A DNA stretch of 64,000 nucleotides from Octopus vulgaris (Eukaryota), in the NCBI GenBank assembly GCA_951406725.2, contig OX597822.1, forward strand, positions 54,374,001 to 54,438,000. The letters are read 5' to 3'. Shown here piece by piece: positions 24,518 to 38,197 of the stretch (positions are counted from its first letter, which is position 1; each line of letters begins with the position of its first letter). Position numbers and translations under genes: made by a program. The notes under the pieces are model-generated. The model saw only the letters and a program-made list of their open reading frames with translations, was not told the DNA's origin and made no database searches.

Positions 24518-26466
24518 ATCATCAAACCGGCTGACAAGGGTATATATATGTGGCGCGCGGACCTATATAGGGCCGAGGCTTTCCGCCAACTCAATGACAC
24601 CTCCTTCTACTCCCCTCTGCCCTCTAACCCCACACGTAGCTACCAAGAGACGGTATCCTCTACTGTCCGCGACCTCATCTCGTCCTCCCGTCTCCCCCAC
24701 ACCGCATCCAACCTAATTGTGCGAACCCCACGTACCCCCACCATTTACTTCCTCCCCAAAATCCACAAACCCAACAACCCTGGCCGCCCCATCGTCTCCG
24801 CCTGTAACTGCCCCACGGAGCTCATCTCTAAATACCTCGACCGTGTCCTTGCCCCCTAGTGGCATCTCTTCCCTCCCACATCCACGATACCAACCATACT
24901 CTCCGGCTTTTCAACTCTTTCTCCTTTCCTCCCGGCTCCTCCAAAATCCTTTTTACTATGGACATCCAAAGCCTCTATACTGTTATCCCTCACCACGAAG
25001 GACTGCAGGCCCTTCGACACTTTCTTGACCTCCGCTCCAACCCTGTACCTGACACCTCCACACTCATTCGTCTGGCCGAACTTGTCGTTACTCTGAACTG
25101 CTTCTCGTTCGCGGGCGAGTTCTACCATCAGATCTCGGGAGTGCCCATGGGAACGCGAATGGGCTCCAACTATGCGAACCTGTTCGTTGGCTATGTTGAG
25201 GCCCAAATATTCTCTAATTTCACTGGTCCCACTCCTGAACTATATGGTCGTTACACTGACGACATTATCGGTGCCACCTCACTCTCCCGTGAACATCTAG
25301 ATTCCTTCCTCTCTTTCGTCCAATCTTTCCATCCAGCCCTCCACTTCACTTCCACTATCTCCAACACCTCTGTCTCCTTCCTCGACATTTCGGTTAGCAT
25401 TCTTCACTCCACTCTTACCACCTCCATTCACTACAAACACACAGACTCACACTCATACCTCAACTGCTCTTCCTCCCACCCAGAACACACCAAGCTTTCC
25501 ATCCCCTATTCCCAATTCCTCCGTCTACGTAGGCTCTGTAGTGACGACCATGACTTTGAGACTCAGTCTCAACGTATGGCTCACCACTTCACCCTACGTG
25601 GATACCCCCTCACCACTATCCACACCGCCCTTGCCAGAGCACGGTCCGTGGACCGTGTATCTGCTCTCTCTCCCCGAACCCGCCCTGTAGTCTCCCGCCT
25701 CCCTTTTCCCCTCACTTACCACCCCACGACCCTACCTCTCCAACGCACCATTCTTCGAGCTTTCCGTCATCTCCAGTCCGACCCGTCCACTTCACACCTC
25801 TTCCCTAACCGACCCCTCCCCTCTTTCAAACGAGCCCACAACCTTCGAGACCTTTTGGTCCATAGCTCCTTCCCTGACCCTACCTCCCAACCCGGCTCGT
25901 TCCCCTGCTCCCGCCCACGTTGCCGCACTTGCCCTTACCTCTCCAACACCACCCTCCTCACTAGGACCCATCATCGACCCTATCCCATCATCCACTCCTT
26001 CACCTGCACCTCCAGCAATATTATCTATTGCGTCTCTTGCTCTCTCTGCCATTCCTTGTACATCGGACAAACGGGACGCCGCTTGGCTGACCGGTTCGCG
26101 GAACACCTTCGTGACATCCACCTTGCGAACGACACACCGGTCTCTCGCCATTTCCGCTCCACCGGTCACTCCTTGCAACACCTATCTGTGTTCGGTTTGT
26201 CCTTACACAGAGGCCATCCGGATTCCCGTTTGCGCCGTGAACAGGAATTAATCTTCTCTCTTCGCTCTTATACGCCATTTGGTCTCAACTCTCCCCCTCC
26301 TCATCTAACCCCCTCTCCCCCTCCTCACCTACCTTTCCCCCCGACCCCTACTTCTTCAGTCCTTCATCCTTTCACCCCTACTCCCCTTCCCTTCTTCCCT
26401 CTTTCTCCCTCCCTCCTTCCCTCTTCCCCTTCCCTCTGCTCCCTCACTCCCCTTCTCTCTCCCTAA
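24518..26466 (+). pseudogene. Penelope RT/GIY-YIG endonuclease polyprotein, frameshifted at ~24859
   Basis: [52 protein letters not shown] (YIDD variant), FLD, CxxxRCxxC, NIIYCVSC..C..LYIGQTGR...RF.EH, RE..LI..L....P.GLN. Confidence 0.93.
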
Positions 26467-27190
26467 CTCCCTCTTTCCTCCTTCCTCCTCCCCTCCTCCT
26501 CCCCTTCCTTCTCCCCTCCCCTCTCTCCCCTCTCGCCCCTCTCCCCTCCCCCCCCCCTCTCCCCTCCCCATCTTCTCCCCCTCCCTCTCTCTCCTCTCTC
26601 CACACTACACCACACGACTTTACACATCACATCATATATGATGTGCCATACTAATACATACACCAACTAATACATACTAATACATACTAATACATACTAA
26701 TACATACACCAACCCTATACATACACACGTCCAGACCTCTCATACGCACTAATACTCTCTCATACACACACACACACACACACTTATACATACTAATACG
26801 TACTAATACATACTAATACATACTAATACATACACCAACCCTATACATACACACGTCCAGACCTCTCATACGCACTAATACTCTCTCATACACACACACA
26901 CACACACACACCTTATACATACTAATACATACTAATACATACACCAACCCTATACATACACACGTCCAGACCTCTCATACGCACTAATACTCTCTCATAC
27001 ACACACACACACACACACACACCCTTATGTTGGAGCTGGTCACTCAACCCTATTATCTCCCCTAATTTCGCTCTCGCGTCTCATGTTTGATCTTTGACTT
27101 CTGGCCGAAATCAGATCGCCATGTTGGTTCGTTAGTTACTGCACGCATTTTTTTTCTCTCCTTCTTTCTGTGTTTTTTTCTCTCTGTGTA

Positions 27191-27228
27191 TCTTTCTGTT
27201 GAAGAGCGTAGGCTCGAAACGTTAAAGA
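27191..27228 (+). ncRNA. Minimal type I hammerhead-like motif with variant core CUGUUGA (family B)
   Basis: tcttt CTGTTGA a gagc gtag gctc GAAA C GTT aaaga; in the expected pLTR position. Confidence 0.7.
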
Positions 27229-27326
27229 CTTGTTTTATTTATATTTCCTGAGCGCCATACTAATACAATTGTTTGTTTGTTTTCCACCTGCCTTCGTCTT
27301 TTGTCTATTTTCATAAAGCTTTCCGT

Positions 27327-27503
27327 TATATATATACATATATACATATACATATACATATATATATACATATACATATATATATACATATACATATATA
27401 CATATACATATATATATACATATATATATACATATACATATATATATACATATACATATATATATATACATATATATACATATACATATATATATATACA
27501 TAT

Positions 27504-27538
<35 letters not shown>

Positions 27539-27587
27539 TATATACATATACATATATATATATACATATATATATATATACATATAC

Positions 27588-27624
<37 letters not shown>

Positions 27625-27647
27625 TATACATATACATATATATATAC

Positions 27648-27682
<35 letters not shown>

Positions 27683-27693
27683 CATATATATAC

Positions 27694-27767
<74 letters not shown>

Positions 27768-27772
27768 TATAC

Positions 27773-27829
<57 letters not shown>

Positions 27830-27836
27830 CATATAC

Positions 27837-27867
<31 letters not shown>

Positions 27868-27886
27868 CACATATACATATATACAC

Positions 27887-27940
<54 letters not shown>

Positions 27941-27987
27941 ATATATACATATACATATATATACATATACATATATATACATATACA

Positions 27988-28051
<64 letters not shown>

Positions 28052-28106
28052 CATATTTATATACATATACATATTTATATACATATACATATTTATATAC
28101 ATATAC

Positions 28107-28182
<76 letters not shown>

Positions 28183-28226
28183 ATATACATATATATATAT
28201 ATACACATATATATATATACATATAC

Positions 28227-28258
<32 letters not shown>

Positions 28259-28290
28259 ATACATATATATATACATATATATATATACAT
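27327..28290. repeat. (TA)n/(TACA)n microsatellite
   Basis: Direct reading. Confidence 0.97.
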
Positions 28291-29364
28291 CATTACATTA
28301 ATGACATTTACATTAATGACATATATATACATCATTTACATTAATGACATTAATGACATCATCAAGCACAGCAACATAAAAATCTTTGCAGATGACTCCA
28401 AGCTACAGAAGGTCATAAATGAGGCGAGTGACCGGACATGCCTTCAGTCAGATCTACTGGCTGTTATCCAATGGGCAGAAAAAAACAATATGCTGCTGAA
28501 CGAGGATAAATTTGAGCTAATCCACTTTGGAAAAGAGGATGCCCTGAAACTCCCATACTCCCTTCCTTCAGGTGAAACTCTCGCGGCGTCCAACAACATC
28601 AGAGACTTGGGAGTAATTGTGGACAACAACGTAAGCTGGGCCACTCATATAAACACCAAAGTTGACATGGCCCGCAGAATGTGTTCCTGGATTCTCAGAA
28701 CTTTCCAGTCGAGAGATATCCACACCATTATCCTTCTCTTCTCCACTTTTGCCCGACCCCACCTTGAATACTGTTGTCCACTGTGGTCTCCCCACACAAT
28801 ACAAGGTATCATAAAAGTCGAAGCACCTCAAAGGGCAATCACAAAAAAGATAGATGGCATGACAGGCCTCGACTATTGGGGTCGACTAGAAAAGCTAAAA
28901 CTCTATTCTCTCCAACGTCGTCGTGAGCGCTACATCATCTGCATGATGTGGAAAATATTCCATCAGCATTGCCCAAATGATGTTGGCATCACCTTTAAGG
29001 TACATCCAAGGCTTGGGCCCCGTGCCATCCGCCCAAAACAAAAATCGCACTCTCATCTCATAACAACAATACGGCACAATTATTTCACCTCAATTGGCCC
29101 CGCTCTCTTTAACATTACACCAAAACACATTAAAACAGAAACTGACCCTATAGGGTTCAAGAAGTCTTTGGACAGATTCCTTCAAGAAATCCCGGATAAA
29201 CCCCCTACACCCGGATATGTCTCTGTAAACAATAACTCTCTACTTGAGTGGGCCATAGTGCCCAAATTCTGACTTGAAAGACTTCACCAGGTGGTGCTAT
29301 TAAGTTAGACATGGCCTGGGCCAATAATGGCCGAAACCTATCAAAGTATCAAAGTATCAAAGTA
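28290..29364 (+). mobile_element. 5'-truncated CR1-group LINE (3' part of RT), (TCAAAGTA)n tail
   Basis: Open frame YIND...IFADDSK...RDLGVIVD...[13 protein letters not shown]...[20 protein letters not shown] to stop 29272. Confidence 0.92.
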
Positions 29365-29391
29365 TACATATACATATATATATACATATAC

Positions 29392-29490
<99 letters not shown>

Positions 29491-29828
29491 TACATATATG
29501 TATATATACATATATATACACATATATATATACATATATATATACATATATATATGTGGCAACATCCGTTTTTCTGTCCCTGTTTCGTATATATTCGATA
29601 TATCTAATGCTCGTATTAGTTTTATTGGGGCTGGCCGGATCGCAGCGATCTCAAGATTAATCAGCATATATAGGATATATATACTGATAGATATAAGGCT
29701 ATATGTATATATATATGTTTTACGTTCTTGTCCCAGTTTGTATTTTTCTACATATTTATATATACATATATATATACACATATATATATATATACATATG
29801 TATATACATATATATATATACATATGTA

Positions 29829-31722
29829 TCCTTAAATCCTTAAAAAATGTTTTAGCCCGAAGGCCGCGGCCATGCTGGGGCACCACCGCTGAATGAGCTA
29901 CACTAGTTCGTGAATCCACCTCTGATACGTGGCACTTGATCAACAAGGGAGTTCGATGCTGCTGCCCGCATCCGTGTCTCCTGTCATGAGGTAGGTTCAT
30001 CTGGGACTCCCAACAAGAAGAGATCCAGTTTAGTTTTAAAGAAACCCACATCCACACCATGTAAGTCTCTCAGGCATTTAGGGAGGATGTTAAAGAGCTG
30101 TGGTCCTCTGAAACCCAAGCTGTTGCAGTATCTGGACCTGTATTTTGATGTTGATGTTGGAATCCTTGGCACCACGCAGCGGCGCCCCGTTCTGCGGTTG
30201 GAGTAACTTTGAATGCCAAAGTTTGGGACAAGACCCTCCAGGATTTTCCAGATGTATATCACTGCATATCTCTCCCGCCTCCACTCCAGGGAGAAGAGGT
30301 TTAATACCTTCAGTCATTCCCAGTAGCTGACATTTTGCATTGAGACGATTTTCTTTGTGTAGCTTCTCTGAATTGCTTCGAGTTCTGCTGTTTGTTTTAT
30401 ATTGTGTGGTGACCAAAGTTGGGAGCAGTAGTCCAAGCGGCTGAGGACGAATGTTTTCCATAGGACCATCAGTGTCTCCTTCTCTCTTGTTCTGAAAGTT
30501 CGGAGAATCCATCCAGCTAGCCGTCTGCATTTTATCACCAGATTAGCAATATCCATTTGGAAAGATGCATCATTGCTCATGTCAATGCCCAGGTCATGCA
30601 CTGATTTTGACTCAGGGATTGCAATTCTTCCTGGGCCAGTGTATCCAGTCTTCACGTCATTTACCTTTGTGTGCCAGTAGCGCAGGGCCTGGAACTTACC
30701 TGCATTAAACTGCATGTTGTTGTCCTCAGCCCACCTGTATATTGTGTCCAGCTCATGTTGCAGATGCGCAATATTTTCAGGGTTTTGTATTGCGTGGGAG
30801 ACTTTTGTGTCATCTGCATAGCTAGCAAGGGTGGTCATCGTAGCAACTGAAGGCATGTCTGAAAGGGCCACTATGAACATCAGTGGCCCCAAGACAGTGC
30901 CCTGTGGGACACCGCTTGTTATTTGCGTTTCCTTGGAGGTGGCTCCATTGCTCACAACTGCCTGTTTTCTGTCTTTTAGGAAGTTGTGCAGCCACTCTCC
31001 AAGTTTCCCGCCTATGCCGAGACCACACAGTTTGTGACAGATCATACCATGGTCGACTTTATCAAAGGCTTTTGCAAAGTCGAGATATATTACATCCACA
31101 TTTGAGCCATTTAGTAGCTGTTTCAACACCCAGTCATAGTGTTGCAGGAGCTGTATTAGGCAGCCTCTACCTGGTCGAAATCCATGCTGGGTGTCAGACA
31201 GCAAGTCATTTTCTTCAAGGAACATGATTAGTTTCTTACGGACTATTTGTTCCATGACTTTGCTGATGTGTGAGGTCAGAGAGATAGGCCTATAATTTTT
31301 AGCATCTGCTCTGCTACCTCCCTTATGGATAGGGCATATTACCCCCTCTTTCAGTTTGACTGGGAGCTTACCACTTGCAAGAAAGCTCTGAAAAACAAGC
31401 TGTAGCGGTTTTGCAAGGGCTCGTTTGCACGATTTGAGAAGGATCGCTGGGAATCTATCAGGTCCAGCAGCTGAGTTTGTGTCAATCTCATCAATGGCTA
31501 GTGTGATATCAACTTCGATGTTGATGTACTCAATTTTTGTCTCTTTGGCCGCAGGTAAAGTGGCAAAGAATTCTTCTGGGTTGTTTACTTGCCTGTGTCC
31601 TAGAGGTGTAGTGAACACACTTTGGAACTGTTCGTTCAGTATTTCACTTATCCTCGTGGGATTTCCTGTGAGAGAGCCATCTTTTTGGAAGAGAGGTCCT
31701 ATTCTCTGGTGCACTGTGGCTG
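29829..31722 (-). mobile_element. 5'-truncated CR1-group LINE, sister subfamily of 32160-37626
   Basis: ORF 30314..31714: NYRPISLTS, QHGFRPGR, YLDFAKAFDKVDH, GVPQGTVLGP, YADDT; interrupted at ~30314; (TTTAAGGA)2 tail; flanked by (TA)n. Confidence 0.93.
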
Positions 31723-31753
31723 TCTATACATGTATATACATATATATATACAA

Positions 31754-31872
<119 letters not shown>

Positions 31873-31943
31873 CAAATATATATACATATATATATATATA
31901 CATATACAAATATATATATACATATATATATATACATATACAA

Positions 31944-31974
<31 letters not shown>

Positions 31975-31975
31975 T

Positions 31976-32042
<67 letters not shown>

Positions 32043-32056
32043 GTATATATATATAT

Positions 32057-32162
<106 letters not shown>

Positions 32163-32251
32163 TGATTGATTGATTGATTGATTCCAGTTCCAGCCTATGA
32201 GCTGTGGCCATGCTGGGGCACCGCCATTTGGTGTTGCTACTTGGTTTTACT

Positions 32252-35200
32252 TCATGGGGGCTTTCTAGCAACTGCTATTTGGTGCATGAGAGAGTTCGAT
32301 GCAGCTGCCCTCATCTGCCCCTCCTGCCGTGAAGTTGGTTCATCTGGGACACCAGACAGGAAGAGATCCAGCTTCATTTTAAAGACATCTGTATCCACCC
32401 CATGCAGGTCTCTCAGGTTCTTCGGGAGGATATTGAAGAGCTGTGGGCCTCGGAAGCCCAGGCTATCACAGAATCTTGTCCTACATCTTGATGGCAGGTT
32501 TGGAGTCCTAGGCACCACGCAGTGGCGCCCAGTTCTGGCATTTGTGTAACTCTCGATGCCAAAGTTCAGGACACTTCCCTCCAGGATCTTCCAGATGTAT
32601 ATTATGGCATATCTTTCCCGCCTACGCTCCAGGGAGTATAATTTTAATCTCTTGAGTCTTTCCCAGTAGCTTACATTCTGCATAGAGGCTATCTTCTTTG
32701 TGTAGCTTCGTTGGATCGCCTCAAGTTCTGTGATCAACTTGACACTGGATGGTGACCATAGCTGAGAGCAATAGTCAAAGTGGCTTAGGACAAGTGTCTT
32801 CCAGAGGACCATCATGGTTTCTTGTTCTCTTGTTCTAAAGGTTCTAAGAATCCAGCCAGCCAGCCGTCTACATTTCACTGTCAGTTTAGCAACATGTACA
32901 TGAAAGGTCGCGTCATCACTCATGTGAATACCCAGGTCACGCACTGATTGTGCCTCTGGGATTGCAATCCCTCCGGGTCCAGTGTATTCATTGGGTATTG
33001 CATTCAGTTTTGCATGCTGATAGTATAAAGCTTGAAACTTTCCAGCATTGAACTGCATGCTATTCTTTTCAGCCCACTTGTATATTTCGTCCAGCTCACA
33101 TTGCAGGTTTTTAGTGTCCTCAGGGTTCTGTATTGCCTGTGAAACTTTTGTATCATCTGCATAACTTGTGATCGTGGATCTCTGCGTGGCTGAGGGCATG
33201 TCTGAGAGGGCCATTATGAACAGTAGTGGTCCCAAAACAGTGCCCTGTGGAACACCACTCATTATTTGCGTGTTAATGGAAGTGGCCCCATTGGCTACTA
33301 CCACCTGACTTCTATTCTTCAGAAAGTCGTGAAGCCATTCTCCTAGTTTTCCAACTATGCCAAGATCACGCAGCCTGTGACATATCATTCCGTGATCGAC
33401 TTTATCGAAGGCCTTTGCGAAGTCGAGATATATGACTTCCACATTTGAGTGGTTGAGCAGTTGTTTCAGCACCCAGTCATAGTGCTGCAGGAGCTGAGTT
33501 AAGCAGCTTCTTCCTGGTCGGAAACCATGTTGGGTGTCAGGCAGCAAGTCATTTTCTTCAAGGAAGGTGATTAGTTTCCTTCTGACTATTCGTTCCATGA
33601 CCTTGCTGATGTGTGAGGTCAGAGAGATAGGTCTGTAGTTCTTTGCCTCCGCTCTGCTACCTCCTTTATGAATAGGGCATATTTTACCTTCCTTCAGTCC
33701 CCTTGGAAGTTTGCCAGCTGCAAGGAAGCTCTGAAAGAGGGACTGCAGTGGTCTTGCTAAGACTCTCTTACATACTTTTAGGAGGATTGCCGGGAATCCA
33801 TCGGGGCCAGTAGCTGAGTCTATTTTCATTTCATCTATAGCCTTTATTACATCGTCTTCCTTTATCTCGATGTAACTTATCGTCGCCGCCTCTGATTCTA
33901 TATCTGCAGTGGTAAAGAAGTCAGTTGGATTGCTGATTTGGAAATGCCCAAGGGGTGGAGTGAAAACACTCTTGAATTGTTCATTCAGTATTTCACTTAC
34001 CCTCATTGGTTTTCCTGTGAGTGTGCCATCCTTTTCAAGGAGTGGCCCTATCCTACAGTGCACTGTAGCCGTTTCTTTGGCATACCTGTAGAAAGCTCTG
34101 GGGTTAGTTTTTATGTTGTCTATAGCCCAGGCTTCTTTGTCTGCTCTTTCCTTCTCATGGGAAAGTTGCAGACAATTTTCAATTTCCAACAGTTTTATTT
34201 TCAGGCGGGACTTTTCACTACTTTCAATTTGTTTGTTTAGGCGATTTGAAATTTTTGTACGCCGTCTCATTAAAATTTTCCTCTCTCTGGGGATTTTGTT
34301 CTTGTGTACAGTGGCCTTTCTCTCTGGGACACATTTGTAGCATATGGCTTGCATTACAGACATGAATTGTTGAAGTATCATGTCGATGTCCGGCGAGGAG
34401 AGACATTCAGGCCAGTTTTGTTTGAGGATCTCTTTCTCAATTTGTTTCCAGTTTGCCTTATTGAAGTTCAAGCTGGAAAGATTCTGAGGGTTTCTTGTAG
34501 GCTGCATGTCCGTGCTCTCTTTTGGCCCGTACATGGTCAGCTCTACCATGTTGTGATCCGAGAGTAGTGTCGGTGTCACTTTCACATTATGGATGAGATC
34601 CATATTATTTGTGAAGCAGAGATCCAGTGTGTTACCTGCTCTGGTTGGTTGCAGTATTACTTGCTCCATGTACAGGGTGTTGGTGAGGTTCAGGAGGGAC
34701 CTCGCCTGTCCACGTTCACATCTTGTCATTCCTGGGAGAGAAAGGCCCTCGGGCCATCTGACATTCGGTAGATTGAAGTCTCCCATGAGAAGTACACTTA
34801 TGTGTTGTTCTAATGTGGTTAGAACTTCTTCTATTTTTAAAAGGCAGTCCTCGAACTTGCCCATATGACTTGGGGCATCTGGAGGGCGATATGTAGCACA
34901 CACAACTACATCAAGTTGCCTTATGTGTACAATTAGTGTGTCACACACCGAGTTTGAGTATGACAAAAGGACCTGGGGTGTGAGGTCCCCACGGATGTAC
35001 ATAGCAACTCCTCCATGACTCCTTTCTTTCCTGTCGGTCCGTAGTACAACATACTGTGGTATGTGTAATTCCGCATCTGCTATGTCCGGTTTCAGATGCG
35101 TTTCTGTGAGTGCTATGCATAAGGCTTGATTGCATGCGACAAAGTCTCTCAGGAACGGGACTTTTGTCCTGTTACTGTGTGTTAGTAAACCTCTGATGTT

Positions 35201-35551
35201 CAGTAGGAGCATCGAGGTGAGGTGTATGCTGTTGCCGGCGTTGTCCACCCTGGGTCCATCTGCTGTGGCGGTCTTGTGAACTGTGGGCAGTTCCATCTGC
35301 GAGCCTGAGCCTGATGGAGCCAGGTTAGCTGCTGTACAATCTTTTGTGCCATGCACAAAAAGATTCCTGCTCAGCAGCTGCCCTTTCAACAACACGTTGG
35401 TGGTTTGTGGTACGCACCACATCTGCGTACCTCCGTTTTGGGGCAGGTGATGCCTGGTCCATCCCATTTCCTTTCGGTGGTTGGTTTCTGTGGCAGGGTC
35501 CCGGATGTGCAAAGCGGCAGCCTGCACCTTCCTCTCCATGCCGGCAGGCAC
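32252..35551 (-). CDS. LINE ORF2: AP endonuclease + reverse transcriptase
   Basis: Uninterrupted: NIRGL, LTETHL, GGVAMY, YRPP, GDFN, TLDLCF, SDH (APE); YRPISLTS, QHGF, LDFAKAFD, GVPQG, YADD (RT). True start probably a downstream Met (~35296 or ~35212). Confidence 0.95.
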   Translation of the reverse strand: MPAGMERKVQAAALHIRDPATETNHRKEMGWTRHHLPQNGGTQMWCVPQTTNVLLKGQLLSRNLFVHGTKDCTAANLAPSGSGSQMELPTVHKTATADGPRVDNAGNSIHLTSMLLLNIRGLLTHSNRTKVPFLRDFVACNQALCIALTETHLKPDIADAELHIPQYVVLRTDRKERSHGGVAMYIRGDLTPQVLLSYSNSVCDTLIVHIRQLDVVVCATYRPPDAPSHMGKFEDCLLKIEEVLTTLEQHISVLLMGDFNLPNVRWPEGLSLPGMTRCERGQARSLLNLTNTLYMEQVILQPTRAGNTLDLCFTNNMDLIHNVKVTPTLLSDHNMVELTMYGPKESTDMQPTRNPQNLSSLNFNKANWKQIEKEILKQNWPECLSSPDIDMILQQFMSVMQAICYKCVPERKATVHKNKIPRERKILMRRRTKISNRLNKQIESSEKSRLKIKLLEIENCLQLSHEKERADKEAWAIDNIKTNPRAFYRYAKETATVHCRIGPLLEKDGTLTGKPMRVSEILNEQFKSVFTPPLGHFQISNPTDFFTTADIESEAATISYIEIKEDDVIKAIDEMKIDSATGPDGFPAILLKVCKRVLARPLQSLFQSFLAAGKLPRGLKEGKICPIHKGGSRAEAKNYRPISLTSHISKVMERIVRRKLITFLEENDLLPDTQHGFRPGRSCLTQLLQHYDWVLKQLLNHSNVEVIYLDFAKAFDKVDHGMICHRLRDLGIVGKLGEWLHDFLKNRSQVVVANGATSINTQIMSGVPQGTVLGPLLFIMALSDMPSATQRSTITSYADDTKVSQAIQNPEDTKNLQCELDEIYKWAEKNSMQFNAGKFQALYYQHAKLNAIPNEYTGPGGIAIPEAQSVRDLGIHMSDDATFHVHVAKLTVKCRRLAGWILRTFRTREQETMMVLWKTLVLSHFDYCSQLWSPSSVKLITELEAIQRSYTKKIASMQNVSYWERLKRLKLYSLERRRERYAIIYIWKILEGSVLNFGIESYTNARTGRHCVVPRTPNLPSRCRTRFCDSLGFRGPQLFNILPKNLRDLHGVDTDVFKMKLDLFLSGVPDEPTSRQEGQMRAAASNSLMHQIAVARKPP

Positions 35552-36088
35552 CTTTCAGGTAGAACCTACATACCCGTGTGCGCTGCTTGTTTCCATCCTT
35601 TTTGGCATATGGACCGTTAGGTTTGCCTCTGTCCCTGGCTGCCTTGTCCCTTGGCTTTGTCTGAGTTTTAGCTTCAGTTTTTCCTCTTTTTTGGCCTCTT
35701 CATCTCCATGTCCACGGCTTTTGGAGCCGGTAGGAGCATCCGTACCTGGGTTCACCTCCCGGGCAGGCCTATCGTTGGAGTTTTCTTCCTGGGCGTCCAC
35801 CAGGTGGGGGTGACCCTCCTCATCTGCGCCCACGTCTCCATCCTTGCCATCTTTACTTTGTTCGCGTTTTTCGCTGTTAAAAATGGCATCCAGTGTGTTT
35901 ATGTGCGATCTGACAAGTGCGTATGAGCGTACGAACTCTTGCCTCTTCCGCTCTATTTGTGCTGATGTCCTTTTGAATCCTTTGTTCTTTAGTGCTGCCG
36001 CAATTATGTTACTTGGACTTTCTCCGTCAGCGCATTGCCATCCTCGCAGGAACCACACCAGTTCATCACGTTTCCAAGCTCTGGACAT
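35325..36088 (-). CDS. LINE ORF1 (Myb/SANT-like N-terminus + CCCH zinc finger), split by one frameshift
   Basis: WKRDEL...IAAALKNKGFKRTSAQIERK in frame 0; CRFYLKGACRHGEEGAGCRFAH (35570-35505) in the -1 frame, open from the A6 run at 35692-35687 to TAA 35325. Confidence 0.7.
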
Positions 36089-37625
36089 TCTTGATATATT
36101 ATCTATCTATCTAATTATGTTAAGTAATATTAATCCAAAGTAGGGGGGTAATAGAGAAAGAGAGCGTCTATGTACTTAAGGAGAGATTGGGAGCCAAGAG
36201 AAGAGAGCAGGAGAGAAGAGGAAGAGGAGAGATATTTTGTCTATCTATCTATCTATCTAGTTATATTAAGTTATATTAATCCAATAGTGCAAGAGAGAAG
36301 AGGAAGAGGAGATACTGAGTGCTGAAGGAAGATAGAGAAAGCCTCTAGAGGAGAGCTGAGATAGACAGAGAAAGCGCAAAGGGAGAGAACCGAAGAGACA
36401 GACAGAGAGATCTAAACGAAGCTATTGGGCCAAGGAGGGGCGCAAGGGAGAGAACTGGAGAGACAGATAGAATTCTAAACGAAGCTATTGGGACATACAT
36501 ATGTATACACACACACACACACATGTACACACGTGTGCACATGCACATATATAGACAAGAGTAACAAGTGAGTATATAAAGAGACAATAATAATAATGAA
36601 ACATATATAGGCATATATTACAAAACATATATAAACATATATTACAAAGTAATAATAGTAAGAGATTATAAGACAATAATAATAATAAAAATGAAAAATA
36701 AAATAAAATAAAACAGCTGAAAGAAAAGAAAAGAAAGAAAGAAAAAACAGGCCAGGAGGTTTTACAGAGTTTATATATATATATGTAGTATATACATACG
36801 CACATATATATATATAACACACACACATATATTTAACAAGTGATAATAATAATAGATAATAAAATAGTGTAATAATACATTTGTCCGCCGCAACAGACAA
36901 ATTCTTCTATAACAAAACTATAACTAATTGCGACTATACCTTTAATAATAATTAAAACAGCTGAAAGAAAACACGCCAAGAAATGGCAATATATATTTAT
37001 TTTAAGATAAACTAATGTCTCTTAAGATAAACTACAATACGATTCTACTACTAACACACACACACACATGCACGTATATATAGATATATGCGCACATACA
37101 TATATAAACAGAGTAACAGGTAATTTATAGATAATAGATTTAACGAAATTAACAGTAACAAGAATTTGTGATACGTTTTTGCAAGGATATAAACGATTCT
37201 ACTACTAACACACACACACACACACATGCACGTATATACTAACACACACACACATACGCACATACATATATATATAAACAGAGTAACAGGTAATTTATAG
37301 ATAATAGATTTAACGAAATTAACAGTAACAAGAATTTGTGATACGTTTTTGCGAGGATATAAACAGGAATTTGGGTACTTATCGTCTGGAAATAAAATTA
37401 GGAGATTCCACGTGCGTATCGCTCGAAAGAGATCTTTGTGTCAAAACTTGACTTGTGGCAGAAATATATTGCGATTTTTAAGCAAATATCCAGGTACGCG
37501 TCTATAAAGTAACAATTTCCACGTTTTGTGAGTGATTTGCCAAGTTATTTCGTCGATTTTATGCAGCCCTTCTTGTTTTTTATCGCAGAGAGAGACAACA
37601 CGTGTTTACTCTACGAAAGCCGGAA

Positions 37626-37686
<61 letters not shown>

Positions 37687-37835
37687 TATATACATATATA
37701 TATACATATATATATACATATATATATACATATATATATACATATATATATACATATATATATATATACATATATATACATATATATATATATACATATA
37801 TATATATACATATATATATATATACATATATATAC

Positions 37836-37894
<59 letters not shown>

Positions 37895-38117
37895 CATATA
37901 TATTTTGTGAAATAGAAAGATGAATAATCTTGTTGCAGATTAATCAAAAGTTTAACCGATACCTTGGTAGCAAAAATCACAGCAGAAGACAGCACGGTTG
38001 GAGGTACAACCATATGGTGTTGCAACCGTGCGTTGGTGCGGATAATTGAATTTTAATATTATTAGTGAATTGAAGAAATGGAGTTGACGAAGATTGAACA
38101 GAAATCGTTTTATTGCA

Positions 38118-38197
38118 TTCTACACGTGTTTCGAAAGGCACAATTTACCAAATTCCGATTGAATAAGGAGACCATATTGTGTCTTTCTCTTCAGGAA
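38118..38197 (-). ncRNA. Type I hammerhead ribozyme motif (family C)
   Basis: Reverse complement of 38977-39056. Confidence 0.82.

Larger units (their letters stand above)
24493..27326 (+). mobile_element. Penelope-like element, 5'-truncated, embedded in (TA)n
   Basis: RT + GIY-YIG ORF, pyrimidine-rich tract, ~105-130-bp minisatellite (~26670-27025), pLTR with hammerhead-like motif. Confidence 0.93.
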
